Assembly (NCBI GenBank): GCA_017853415.1
Contig: JAFMJQ010000001.1
Coordinates: 12,924 to 76,923, forward strand
Source of the DNA: Thermoleophilia bacterium
GTDB taxonomy: Bacteria > Actinomycetota > Thermoleophilia > Miltoncostaeales > Miltoncostaeaceae
Reading direction: 5' to 3'
DNA: 64,000 nucleotides
Shown: positions 8,281 to 17,242 of the stretch, in pieces
Position numbering within the stretch: the first letter of the stretch is position 1
Layout of the letters: each line of letters begins with the position of its first letter
The notes under the pieces: generated by a model
Databases searched by the model: none
Told to the model about the DNA's origin: nothing
The model's input: the letters and a program-made list of their open reading frames with translations, nothing else
Made by a program: the position numbers and the translations under genes

Positions 8281-8834
8281 GCGGCGGTCCCGCGATCACC
8301 GCACGCCGGACACGGACCCTGCGCGGCGCCACCGGCGTCGCACCACCGACACGGGCGCCAGGCACAGTCGCACCATCGCGCGAGGGCATCGGCGCCCACC
8401 GCCGGCACCATCAACTCATCCTCCCCCCATGGACGAAGCGGAAGGTTTTCCGGGGACATCCCGGCCAGCCCCACCGCCACCTGGGCCCTGCGCAGCAGGT
8501 CGTCGGGGTGGGCCTCGCGAGCCCATGCCGCGATGAGCGCCACGGCCCACCCCGCCGCGGAGACGCCCGGCGGCAGCCACAGGAGGTCGCGCCCGAGCAC
8601 GATGCCGATGGCCGCGAGCGGGGCCATCGGGGGATCCGCCCACGGGGGCCGCACGAGCACCAGTGCCCCGGGGCCCGCCTGCTCGAGCACGTCGATGACG
8701 TCCTCTGCATCGATGCGCGCGTCGCGTCGCCCCACCGGCGGCGTGCATCGCACGCCATCGGCACCCAGCAGGCCGGCGGCCTCGGCCACGTCATGCGAGG
8801 TCACCAGCACCACCTGCCGCGTCTCAGGCGTCAT
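8277..8834 (-). CDS. Hypothetical protein with C-terminal six-Cys cluster, Tad-operon associated
   Basis: ORF 8277..8834, overlapping both neighbours (4 nt and 11 nt). No family recognised. C-terminus is WCDCAWRPCRWCDAGGAAQGPCPACG (CxC-x4-CxxC-x9-CxxC). Confidence 0.5.
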   Translation of the reverse strand: MTPETRQVVLVTSHDVAEAAGLLGADGVRCTPPVGRRDARIDAEDVIDVLEQAGPGALVLVRPPWADPPMAPLAAIGIVLGRDLLWLPPGVSAAGWAVALIAAWAREAHPDDLLRRAQVAVGLAGMSPENLPLRPWGEDELMVPAVGADALARWCDCAWRPCRWCDAGGAAQGPCPACGDRGTAA

Positions 8835-9546
8835 CCGCCACGAGCCGGTAACCGAGCCCCCAGACGTTCACCACGTAGCGGCGACCACCGGATGCCACCG
8901 CAAGCTTGCGACGCAGGCGCGATGCATGGCTGTCGACGGTGCGGGTGCGGCCCATCGACTTGTAGCCCCACACGTCGCGCAGCAACTCGTGCTTGCTGAC
9001 CACCCGACGGGGGTCCCTGGCGAGCGCCGTGAGCAGGCCGAGTTCCTTGGCCGAGAGCACCACGGGCTCATCGGAGATCGTCACCCTGCGGGCACGGCGA
9101 TCGATCACGATGTCGTCCACCCGCAGCATCCCCGCGGACCACTCGCCGTCGGCCCTGCGCATGAGCGCCCGCAGGCGTGCGAGGATCTCGACGTAGGCGA
9201 AAGGGGTGCCCACCACCTCGTCGGCCCCACGCTCGAGCGCCCGCACCACGCGGTGCGGCTCGCATGCACCGGACACCCCGAGCACGGGGATGGCGGCGTC
9301 CCAAGGGTCCTCCGGACCACCCTCGCGCACCAGGCCCACGGCCTCGAGTCCGCCGGATGCCGGCATGTCGAGGTCCACGATCACGGCCGATGGGCATGCG
9401 GTGGCCAGCACCCCCTTCACCTCGTTGGGGTCCGCAGCCAGCATCACCTCGAATCGGTCGGCCTCGAGGTCGGCAGCCAGGCTGCCCGACGCCGGGCGGG
9501 GGCCGACCAGGAGCACCGAGCGATGGAGTGCCTCCGTGGTCATCAC
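8824..9546 (-). CDS. OmpR/PhoB-family response regulator with atypical (pseudo-)receiver domain
   Basis: ORF 8824..9546. The C-terminal winged helix (LSAKELGLLTALARDPRRVVSKHELLRDVWGY...RTVDSHASRLRRKL...VWGLGYRL) is canonical. The receiver has VLLVGPRP in place of the acidic DD pair and GTPF in place of KPF, and retains VIVDLDMP. Confidence 0.8.
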   Translation of the reverse strand: MMTTEALHRSVLLVGPRPASGSLAADLEADRFEVMLAADPNEVKGVLATACPSAVIVDLDMPASGGLEAVGLVREGGPEDPWDAAIPVLGVSGACEPHRVVRALERGADEVVGTPFAYVEILARLRALMRRADGEWSAGMLRVDDIVIDRRARRVTISDEPVVLSAKELGLLTALARDPRRVVSKHELLRDVWGYKSMGRTRTVDSHASRLRRKLAVASGGRRYVVNVWGLGYRLVADDA

Positions 9547-10025
9547 ATCCTCCGATCATCCGGGGGAGCCGTGTGCTCCCTGTGAGCGGATAACGCGACA
9601 GCACCGCGCGTGCTCCCCCTCTCCGATGGCGGAAAGTCACCACCGAGCGGGAAAACCGAGAGCGCGCTGAGATGCACCCTGTCACCGGGCGCCAACGCCA
9701 GCACGCCGGCGGCGGCCTCCACCACGGCATGCGCGCCGCGACACGTCGCCCCCCTGGGCGGAAGGGGGTCCACCACCCGCAGCACCACGCCGAGACGGTC
9801 CACGAACGCGGCGCCGATGGGCGTGCGAAGCCCCACCCCATGCACGGCGGCGCACGGCACGAGCACCAGGGCCTCGTCGGCGCGTGGGTCGGGCGTGCCG
9901 AGCATGCCGACCATGCGCGAGATGACCCCGTTCGCCACGTAGGCCCGGCCGACGATCACCCCGCCGTCGTCGGCGAGCAGGGCCCCACCCGGGCGGCCAA
10001 GCCGATCGATGCGCCATCGCCCCAT
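9543..10025 (-). CDS. DUF192-like protein (first gene of the Tad string)
   Basis: ORF 9543..10025. RMVGMLGTPDP..EALVLVPCAAVHGVGLRTPIGAAFVD..GVVLRV resembles the DUF192 (COG1430) core (GLMxR..L.F....iHtfgM..plDv.flD). Confidence 0.55.
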   Translation of the reverse strand: MGRWRIDRLGRPGGALLADDGGVIVGRAYVANGVISRMVGMLGTPDPRADEALVLVPCAAVHGVGLRTPIGAAFVDRLGVVLRVVDPLPPRGATCRGAHAVVEAAAGVLALAPGDRVHLSALSVFPLGGDFPPSERGSTRGAVALSAHREHTAPPDDRRM

Positions 10026-10106
10026 GCGCGCATCGTGCGCCCCGGCGGCGCACGCGTGGCATGCGGTCTGCGCCCGTCAGGTGACGGGAGCGTCACGACC
10101 GCGGCC

Positions 10107-10412
10107 CTACTGCGGCTGGCTGATGCTCCCCTGCAGCGCGGCCATCGCCCGGGCGAACAGCAGGCCCATGGCGTCGGCGGCCTCGTCCGGCGTCTGCCGG
10201 GGGCTCAGCGACGCCATGCCGGCGGATGCCATCTGCACCGCCAGCTGGATGACCTGGAAGCGGTCGACCGGCTGGATGTGCCCGCCGCCCTCGGCCTGGA
10301 TCTCCTCCATGGCCTCGCGCTGGGCGCGCATCATCTCCTTGAGGCGCTCCTTGAACTCCTCCGAGGCGCCCTCGCCGAAGGCGAAGCCGAACGGGAACTC
10401 CTCGTCACTCAC
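10107..10412 (-). CDS. Hypothetical acidic protein
   Basis: C-terminal 101 aa of ORF 10107..11138 from the GTG at 10412 (VSDEEFPFGFAFGEGASEEFKERLKEMMRAQREAMEE...). GTGA overlap with the glpX stop suggests coupling. No family recognised. Confidence 0.4.
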   Translation of the reverse strand: MSDEEFPFGFAFGEGASEEFKERLKEMMRAQREAMEEIQAEGGGHIQPVDRFQVIQLAVQMASAGMASLSPRQTPDEAADAMGLLFARAMAALQGSISQPQ

Positions 10413-11419
10413 AGCCTGATCTCCCTCAGCGGTGTGCGGCTGAACATGTGGATGGTGTCCACGAACCTCACGGTACGCGACTGCAGGTCCATGAGGATCG
10501 AATGGGTTCTGGCGCCATCGCTGAAGTAGCGCACGCCCTTGAGCAGGTAGCCGTCGGTGACCCCGGTGGCCAGCACGTACATCGGCTGCGGGGCGAGGTC
10601 GCGGGCGGTGAGCACGCGGTCGGTGTCCTGCAGGCCGAAGGCCTCGAGGCGCTCGCGCTGGGCGTCGTCCTTTGGCCACATGCGCGCCTGGATCTCGCCG
10701 CCAAGGCACTCGAGGGCGGCGGCGGTGATGACGCCCTCGGTGGATCCACCGATGCCCATGTACACGTGGTCGCCGGTGCCGCGCACCGCGGCCGACATCG
10801 ATGCCGTGATGTCGCCGTCGGGGATGAGCTTGATGCGCGCGCCGAGGCTGCGGATCTCCTCGATGAGCTCCTCGTGGCGCGGACGGTCGAGCACCACCAC
10901 CGAGAGGTCGCGGATGCGGCGGTCGTAGCAGCGCGCGATGGTGTCGAGCGTGTCGGAGATGGGCGCCGTGATGTCCACGCGGCCCTTGGCGTTGGCGCCC
11001 ACGCAGAGCTTCTGCATGTACATGTCCGGGGCGGCCATGACGCCGCCCGGGGCGCCGATCACGCACACGGCGATGGCGCCGGCGTCGCCGCGGGCCACCA
11101 GGTCGGTGCCCTCCAGCGGGTCGACGGCGATCTCGCACGGCATGCCGCCGGTGCCCAGCACCTCGCCCACGTAGAGCTCGGGGGCCTCGTCCTTCTCGCC
11201 CTCGCCGATGATCACCTCGCCCGTGATGGGCATGGCGCTGAACTCCTTGCGCATGGCGTCCACGGCCGCGCCGTCGGCGGCGTGGCGGTCGCCCTGCCCC
11301 ACCCAGCGTGCCGACGCCAGGGCGGCCTGCTCGGTGACCCGCAGGAAGTCGGTGGCGGGCACGATCTCGTGCCCCTCGAGCCCGGCGGGCACGACAGAGG
11401 GAACGTCGTTGGTGCTCAT
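10409..11419 (-). CDS. glpX: Fructose-1,6-bisphosphatase class II
   Basis: C-terminal 336 aa of ORF 10409..11749 from the ATG at 11419. RVTEQAALASARWVGQGD, IIGEGEKDEAPELYVGE, IAVDPLEGT, VLDRPRH, IPDGDI and GIGGSTEGV match the GlpX signature. Confidence 0.9.
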   Translation of the reverse strand: MSTNDVPSVVPAGLEGHEIVPATDFLRVTEQAALASARWVGQGDRHAADGAAVDAMRKEFSAMPITGEVIIGEGEKDEAPELYVGEVLGTGGMPCEIAVDPLEGTDLVARGDAGAIAVCVIGAPGGVMAAPDMYMQKLCVGANAKGRVDITAPISDTLDTIARCYDRRIRDLSVVVLDRPRHEELIEEIRSLGARIKLIPDGDITASMSAAVRGTGDHVYMGIGGSTEGVITAAALECLGGEIQARMWPKDDAQRERLEAFGLQDTDRVLTARDLAPQPMYVLATGVTDGYLLKGVRYFSDGARTHSILMDLQSRTVRFVDTIHMFSRTPLREIRL

Positions 11420-12072
11420 GCGTCCTTCCGGGCCAGGCGGGCCGCGTGGTCCTCGTTGAACTTCTCGATGCCCGCCGCCGTGAGCGGGTGGTGGAGCATC
11501 TGGTGGAACACCTTGGGCGGGATGGTGGCGATGTCGGCGCCCATGCGCGCGGCCTCCATCACGTGCACGGGGGTGCGCACGCTGGCGGCCAGGACCTCGG
11601 TGTCGTACTCCGACGCCCCCAGGGCCTCGACGATCTCGAGCAGGTGGCCCAGGCCGTCCTCGTTGATGTCGTCGTAGCGGCCGATGAACGGCGACACGAA
11701 CGCCGCGCCCGCCGCCGCGGCCAGCAGCGCCTGGTTGGCCGTGAAGCACAGGGTCATGTTCACGCGGATTCCATCGCGCGCCAGCGCGGCGGTGGCGCTG
11801 AGGCCCTCGCGGCTGGTGGGCAGCTTCACCACGATGTGCGGGTCGATCGCCGCCAGGCGACGGCCCTCGCTGATCATGGTGGGAACGTCATCGGCCACCA
11901 CCTCGGCCGACACCGGCCCGCCCACGATCTCGCAGATGCGGCGGTAGATGTCGTCCTCATCCCCCTCCACCTGCGAGAGCAGGGTGGGGTTGGTGGTGGC
12001 GCCGCTCAGCACCCCCCATGATGCGATCTCCTCGATGTCGGCGAGGTTCGCGGTGTCGATGTACAGCTTCAC
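11416..12072 (-). CDS. Transaldolase / fructose-6-phosphate aldolase (short TalC/Fsa subfamily)
   Basis: Within ORF 11416..12156. The GTG at 12072 is preceded by GGAGG. VKLYIDTANLADIEE..GVLSGATTNPTL...VVKLP...NMTLCFT..QALLAA.AGA.FVSPFIGR. About 218 aa, typical of this subfamily. Confidence 0.85.
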   Translation of the reverse strand: MKLYIDTANLADIEEIASWGVLSGATTNPTLLSQVEGDEDDIYRRICEIVGGPVSAEVVADDVPTMISEGRRLAAIDPHIVVKLPTSREGLSATAALARDGIRVNMTLCFTANQALLAAAAGAAFVSPFIGRYDDINEDGLGHLLEIVEALGASEYDTEVLAASVRTPVHVMEAARMGADIATIPPKVFHQMLHHPLTAAGIEKFNEDHAARLARKDA

Positions 12073-12121
12073 GGTGGGCCTCCGGAGGCGTGAACGCGTT
12101 GCGGCGAGGCTACCAGCCGGG

Positions 12122-12706
12122 TTATGCGGCCCTTTGCCGACGAATGACCCCGGCAAGCCAGAAACCGGACGCGACCGTGACGATGCCCCCCGCCACCACG
12201 AGGAAGATCGCGATGGTCATGCTGTCGGCGCCGCCGGGCTCCGCGCCCGGCGGGTATGCCCCCTGCGCCCCCGGCGCCCAGCGCACGCGCATGCCGCTGT
12301 TCCACGATGGCGTGAGGTATTCGGGATCGGGGCAGTCGGCGCGGCCGGACGACACGCACGCCAGGTAGCGCGCGCGGCTTCGCCCATTGGCGGCCTCCAC
12401 CTCGTCGGGGGCCACCGTCCAGCGGAAGGCCTGGCCGTCGGCCATCAGCGGCACGCTGCGCGCCACCACCCTGCCCTTGTCGTTGATGTTGCCCGTGGGC
12501 GTGGCCGAGCACGTCTGCACCCGTCCGATGCGCGCGCACGCGCCGAAGGCGCCCGTGGGATAGAAGAGGGCCCAGCGGGCCCCGGGCCCCTGCAGGGCGT
12601 CCCCCACCTGCCCGCGGTTCACGAACCCCGCCACGCCCCCCGCGACCAGCAGCAGGCCCAGCAGCACCCCGGCCGCGGGCCAGATGACCTTCCTGATGCC
12701 GCGCAT
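12122..12706 (-). CDS. Hypothetical membrane protein (N- and C-terminal TM segments)
   Basis: C-terminal 194 aa of artefactual ORF 12122..14263 from the ATG at 12706 (MRGIRKVIWPAAGVLLGLLLVAGG...IAIFLVVAGGIVTVASGFWLAGV). An alternative ATG lies at 12724. No family recognised. Confidence 0.4.
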   Translation of the reverse strand: MRGIRKVIWPAAGVLLGLLLVAGGVAGFVNRGQVGDALQGPGARWALFYPTGAFGACARIGRVQTCSATPTGNINDKGRVVARSVPLMADGQAFRWTVAPDEVEAANGRSRARYLACVSSGRADCPDPEYLTPSWNSGMRVRWAPGAQGAYPPGAEPGGADSMTIAIFLVVAGGIVTVASGFWLAGVIRRQRAA

Positions 12707-12724
12707 GGGGCGCCACTCTGGCAT

Positions 12725-14239
12725 ATGCTCGCCGCCGTGCCGCTGCGCTTCTCCCTGCCGATCCTCGTCTTCGTGGCCGGGGCATCCACCCTGGCCGCCG
12801 AGCTCACCGGCGCCCGGCTGCTCGCACCGTGGTTCGGGGCCAGCAACCTGGTGTGGGCCAACGTCATCGGGCTCACGCTCATCTACCTGTCGCTGGGCTA
12901 CTGGCTGGGCGGGAAGATGGCCGACCGCTACCCCAACCCGCGGGTGCTGGGGGGCGTGGTGATCGTGGCGGCCATCACGGTGGCGATCCTGCCGCTGGCG
13001 CTCAGCCCCATCTTCCGGGCGGCGCAGGGCGCCTTCGCCGATCTCTCGGCCGGGGCGTTCGTGGCCTCGTTCGTGGGCACCATGCTGATGTTCCTCGTGC
13101 CCATCACGCTGCTCGGCACCGTGTCGCCGTGGGCGATCCGCCTCACGGTGAAGGACGTCGAGACCGCCGGGTCGGTGGCCGGGCGGCTGTATGCCATCTC
13201 CACCGTCGGGAGCATCCTCGGCACGTTCCTGCCGGTGCTGGTGCTCATCCCCGCCATCGGCACGCGGGCCACGCTCATCCTCATCGCCGCCGTGCTGGCG
13301 CTGGCCGCCGTGCCGCTGCTGGGAGCCAGGGCCATCGCGGCGCCCGTGCTGCTGGCGGCGCTGCTGGCCCTGCCCGCGGGCACGATCAAGGAGGAGCCCG
13401 GCGAGACCGTGCTGTTCGAGGCGGAATCGCCGTACCAGTACGTGCAGGTGACCGAGGCCGCCGACGGCGAGCGCATCCTGCGCCTCAACGAGGGCTGGGC
13501 GCTGCACTCGGTGGTGCCGGCCGGCGGCGGGGCGCTCACCGGCGGGTACTGGGACGCCTTCCTCACCCTGCCGCTGCTCACGGGCAACCCCAACGCCCGC
13601 ATCGCGATACTCGGCAACGCCGGCGGCACCACGGCGCGGTCGTTCCGCCTCACCTGGCCCGGCGTGCACGTGGACGGCGTGGAGATCGACCCGGTGGTCA
13701 CCGAGGCGGGCAACCGCTACCTCGACATGGCGGGGCCCAACCTCACCACCCACGAGGCCGACGCCCGCTTCTGGCTGGCCGGCGACCGCGGACCGTTCGA
13801 TGCCGTGATCGTCGATGCCTACCGCCAGCCGTACATCCCGTTCCACCTCTCCACGGTGGAGTTCTTCGACGAGGTGCGCGCGCGCCTGGCGCCGCACGGC
13901 GTGGCGGCGATCAACGTGGGCACCCCGCCCGACGAGACCGCGGTGGTCGACCGCATCGCCGCCACCATGCGCAGCGTGTTCCCGGCCGTGCTGACCGCGC
14001 GCTACGGGGAGTTCAACAGCGTGATCCTGGGCTTCATGGACGCCGCGGATGCCGCCGATGCCCGGGCGCGGCTCGCCACGGCACGGGGCGACACCGCGGT
14101 GGCCGCGCGGGTGCTGTCCCCCCTCCTCACCCAGGTGCCCGCGGGAGGCGAGGTGTTCACCGACGACCTCGCGCCCGTGGAGCAGATGACCGACGGGGCG
14201 ATTCTGGACTACCTCAACAAGGGGGCCCCGGGAGCGTAG
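12725..14239 (+). CDS. Fused membrane / spermidine-synthase-like (PABS-fold) protein
   Basis: In-frame ATG at 12725 of ORF 11948..14239. About 7 TM segments are followed by ESPYQYVQV..RLN.G, ILGNAGGTTARS, VEIDP and VIVDAYRQPYIPFHLSTVEFF, the spermidine synthase family pattern. Confidence 0.75.
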   Translation: MLAAVPLRFSLPILVFVAGASTLAAELTGARLLAPWFGASNLVWANVIGLTLIYLSLGYWLGGKMADRYPNPRVLGGVVIVAAITVAILPLALSPIFRAAQGAFADLSAGAFVASFVGTMLMFLVPITLLGTVSPWAIRLTVKDVETAGSVAGRLYAISTVGSILGTFLPVLVLIPAIGTRATLILIAAVLALAAVPLLGARAIAAPVLLAALLALPAGTIKEEPGETVLFEAESPYQYVQVTEAADGERILRLNEGWALHSVVPAGGGALTGGYWDAFLTLPLLTGNPNARIAILGNAGGTTARSFRLTWPGVHVDGVEIDPVVTEAGNRYLDMAGPNLTTHEADARFWLAGDRGPFDAVIVDAYRQPYIPFHLSTVEFFDEVRARLAPHGVAAINVGTPPDETAVVDRIAATMRSVFPAVLTARYGEFNSVILGFMDAADAADARARLATARGDTAVAARVLSPLLTQVPAGGEVFTDDLAPVEQMTDGAILDYLNKGAPGA

Positions 14240-14277
14240 GGTCGGGGGTGCCACACCACCCACCGAGAGGTTTCCCC

Positions 14278-14754
14278 ATGGCCCCGTCGCGCATCACCCT
14301 GGCATCACTCGCAGTGGCGGGTGTCTCATCGGCCCTGCTGGTGGCAGGGTGCGGAGGAGGCACCACGCTCGACCTCACCGTGCGCAACGACAAGCGCACG
14401 GTGGTGGACCTCACGGTGGCCGGGGCCAGCCAGGGCGACCTGCTCGGCGTGAACGGCGACCTCATCGATTCCAGCGGCGCGACGATCGGGGCCTTCCACC
14501 TGGCCGCCGCGGTCGTGAGGACCACCCGCGCGCGCGAGGTGCGCGGCACCAACGCCTACATCTCGTGGACCGGCACCCCCGACTCCCTGGTGTTCGCGGG
14601 CGCGCCGGAATACCCGGCGGGCGGCGGGCTGCCCACCGAGCCCGTCCGGTTCGCGGTGGTGGGTGGCACGGGCCAGTACTCCGGCGCGAGCGGCCAGGCC
14701 ACGGTCACCTTCACCAAGCCCAACCTCTTCGACTGGAAGGTCGAGCTGAAGTAG
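14278..14754 (+). CDS. Lipoprotein, hypothetical (beta-barrel, dirigent-like C-terminal pattern)
   Basis: In-frame ATG at 14278 of ORF 12829..14754. Signal plus lipobox LLVAGCGG. VVGGTGQYSGASGQATV is reminiscent of dirigent/AOC-like barrels; the fold assignment is tentative. Confidence 0.5.
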   Translation: MAPSRITLASLAVAGVSSALLVAGCGGGTTLDLTVRNDKRTVVDLTVAGASQGDLLGVNGDLIDSSGATIGAFHLAAAVVRTTRAREVRGTNAYISWTGTPDSLVFAGAPEYPAGGGLPTEPVRFAVVGGTGQYSGASGQATVTFTKPNLFDWKVELK

Positions 14755-14855
14755 CCCGGTAGCCCCCGCGGCATCACCCGGGCACTGGGCCCGCATGTTG
14801 CGGACATGCGACACCTTCGGGCCGCGGCTGCACCCGCCGCGCGCGGGATCCTAGG

Positions 14856-15260
14856 GTGCCGGGCATGAAGGTCGTTCAGGCCTCACCGGTCAGGGTTCCG
14901 GTATCCGATCTCGATCGGGCCCTCGAGACCTACCGCGACTCCCTGGGGTTCACCGTCACCCACGATGCCGGGGGTGGCGCATCACGAAACGTCACCCTGG
15001 TATCCCGGGGGCAGGTGATGTCCATCGTGCTGCAGCTCGGAACGCCGGACATGCCCACGGGATCCCTGCGGGAGGCCGTGCTGCCGGTGAGCGATCTGGG
15101 CGCCACGCTCGGATGCCTGCGGTGGGCCGGGCTCGCCGAGCACTGGTTCGATCGCGATGCACCCGGGGGCCCGGCCGCGCTGTTCGCCGATCACGACGGC
15201 AACGTGTGGACGCTCTGGCAGCCCCAGGCGGCCGACGCCCAGGCACACGCCGCGGCCTGA
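14856..15260 (+). CDS. VOC (glyoxalase/bleomycin-resistance) family protein
   Basis: ORF 14856..15260 (alternative ATG at 14865). VRVPVSDLDRALETYRDSLGFTV...FADHDGNVWTLWQ, the typical VOC beta-alpha-beta-beta-beta pattern. Confidence 0.6.
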   Translation: MPGMKVVQASPVRVPVSDLDRALETYRDSLGFTVTHDAGGGASRNVTLVSRGQVMSIVLQLGTPDMPTGSLREAVLPVSDLGATLGCLRWAGLAEHWFDRDAPGGPAALFADHDGNVWTLWQPQAADAQAHAAA

Positions 15261-15288
15261 CGGCGGGGCGGCCCGGCGCCTGGGGGGC

Positions 15289-16185
15289 CTAGGCCCAGCG
15301 GGCGCGCAGGCCCGTGGGGGCGATGCGCTCCACGCGCACCTCGGCCGGCACCTCTGAATCGCTGAGCGCGGCACGGGCGAGGTCGGCCACCTGCGACACG
15401 GCGTCGGCCATCACCCAGGCCACCGTACTGGGGCCCGACCCCGACACGGTCACGCCCAGCAGGCCGGGGTGGTCGATGCCCCGCAGGGCATCGAGGCCGG
15501 GGCACAGCGGCCCGCGGTGCGGCTCGTGCAGGCGGTCGACCAGGAAGTCGGCGATCTCGTCGATGTGACCGCGCTCCAGCGCCAGCAGCAGGCCGGCGGT
15601 GGCGGATATCGAATGCGCGGCGTCTGCCAGCGGAACCTCGGTGGGCATCGCCGTGCGGGCCTCATCGGTGCTCACGCGCGATCCGGGGATCACCACCACC
15701 AGCGCCAGCCCCTCGGGCGGCTCCACCCGCAGGGCGCGCGGGCCGGGCACCAGCGCCGTGATGCCGCCGTCCAGGCACGCGGCGGCGTTGTCGCCGTGCC
15801 CCTCGATCTCGATGGCATGGGCGAGGATGTCCGACGGGCTCCAGCGAAGGTCGCCCAGCGCATTGGCCGCCACCAGGCCGGCGCACGCCGCAGCGGCCGA
15901 TGAGCCCAGGCCGCGACCGAACGGAATGCGGTTGCGGCAGGTGATCTCCAGGCCGTCCAGGTCGGGGAGGCCCCTGAGCATCGCGCGGCAGAGCAGGTTG
16001 CGCTCATCGGCGGGCACCTCCCCCGCGCCCTCGCCCTCCACGGTGAGCGCGAGCGGGCCGGGGCGGCGGCGGATCACCACCTCATTGGCCAGGTCGAGCG
16101 CCAGGCCCAGCACGTCGAAGCCCGGGCCCAGGTTGGCCGAGGTGGCGGGGGCGGTGATGGTGAGCGCGGTGGCGTCAGTCGCCAT
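15289..16185 (-). CDS. thrB: Homoserine kinase
   Basis: Within ORF 15289..16236, ATG at 16185. [16 protein letters not shown] and [17 protein letters not shown] (GHMP kinase motifs). Overlaps the thrC end by 11 nt. Confidence 0.85.
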   Translation of the reverse strand: MATDATALTITAPATSANLGPGFDVLGLALDLANEVVIRRRPGPLALTVEGEGAGEVPADERNLLCRAMLRGLPDLDGLEITCRNRIPFGRGLGSSAAAACAGLVAANALGDLRWSPSDILAHAIEIEGHGDNAAACLDGGITALVPGPRALRVEPPEGLALVVVIPGSRVSTDEARTAMPTEVPLADAAHSISATAGLLLALERGHIDEIADFLVDRLHEPHRGPLCPGLDALRGIDHPGLLGVTVSGSGPSTVAWVMADAVSQVADLARAALSDSEVPAEVRVERIAPTGLRARWA

Positions 16186-17242
16186 ACAGCGCCTTCTCGG
16201 CGGCCGCGTAGTCGGCCGGGATCTCGATGACCCCACCGCTCTGGGCGATGGCGGTGTCGGGATCCTTCAGGCCGTTGCCCGTGAGCACGCACACCACGCG
16301 CTCGCCCGTGGTGAAGCGGCCCGCGGCCTGCGCCTTGATGAGCCCCGCCACGCTCGACGCCGACGACGGCTCGCAGAACACGCCCTCGCTCGAGGCCAGC
16401 ATGCGGTAGGCCGCGAGGATCTCCTCGTCGGTGACGCTGTCCACGCCACCGCCGGAGTCGCTCATGGCCGCCATGGCCTGCTCGCCGCGCACGGGGTTGC
16501 CGATGCGGATGGCCGTGGCGATGGTCTCGGGGGAGGTCACCACCTCACCGCGCACCAGCGGGGCCGATCCCTCGGCCTGGAACCCCATCATGCGCGGCAG
16601 GCGGGTCGACCGGCCGGCGTCGCGGTACTCGCCGAAGCCCATCCAGTAGGCCGAGATGTTGCCCGCGTTGCCCACGGGAATGCACAGCACGTCGGGGGCG
16701 TCGCCCAGGGCGTCGCACACCTCGAAGGCGGCGGTCTTCTGGCCCTCGAGCCGGAAGGGGTTGAGCGAGTTGACCAGCGCGATGGGGTGGTTCTCGGACA
16801 GCTCGCGCACGATGCGCAGGGCGTCGTCGAAGTTGCCGTCCACCGCCAGCACCTTGGCGCCGTAGATGAGCGCCTGGGCCAGCTTGCCCAGGGCGATCTT
16901 GCCGCCGGGGATGATGACGGCGCAGGTGAGCCCGGCGCGCGCGGCGTATGCCGCGGCGGCCGCCGAGGTGTTGCCCGTGCTGGCGCAGATCACGGCGGTG
17001 GCGCCCTGCTCCACGGCCTTGCTCATGGCGAAGCACATGCCGCGGTCCTTGAACGACCCCGTGGGGTTGAGCCCCTCGAGCTTCACGTGCACGTCGAGCT
17101 CGAGGCACTCCGACAGCTTGTCGAGGCGCACCAGCGGGGTGGCGCCCTCCCCCATGCTGATCACCGGGGTGGCGTCGGTCATCGGGAGGAACTCGCGGTA
17201 GCGCTCGATGAGCGGCGTGCCGCGCAGCGCCGAGGATGTCAT
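16175..17242 (-). CDS. thrC: Threonine synthase
   Basis: ORF 16175..17242. [22 protein letters not shown] (PLP-Lys motif), [15 protein letters not shown]. Confidence 0.9.
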   Translation of the reverse strand: MTSSALRGTPLIERYREFLPMTDATPVISMGEGATPLVRLDKLSECLELDVHVKLEGLNPTGSFKDRGMCFAMSKAVEQGATAVICASTGNTSAAAAAYAARAGLTCAVIIPGGKIALGKLAQALIYGAKVLAVDGNFDDALRIVRELSENHPIALVNSLNPFRLEGQKTAAFEVCDALGDAPDVLCIPVGNAGNISAYWMGFGEYRDAGRSTRLPRMMGFQAEGSAPLVRGEVVTSPETIATAIRIGNPVRGEQAMAAMSDSGGGVDSVTDEEILAAYRMLASSEGVFCEPSSASSVAGLIKAQAAGRFTTGERVVCVLTGNGLKDPDTAIAQSGGVIEIPADYAAAEKALYGD

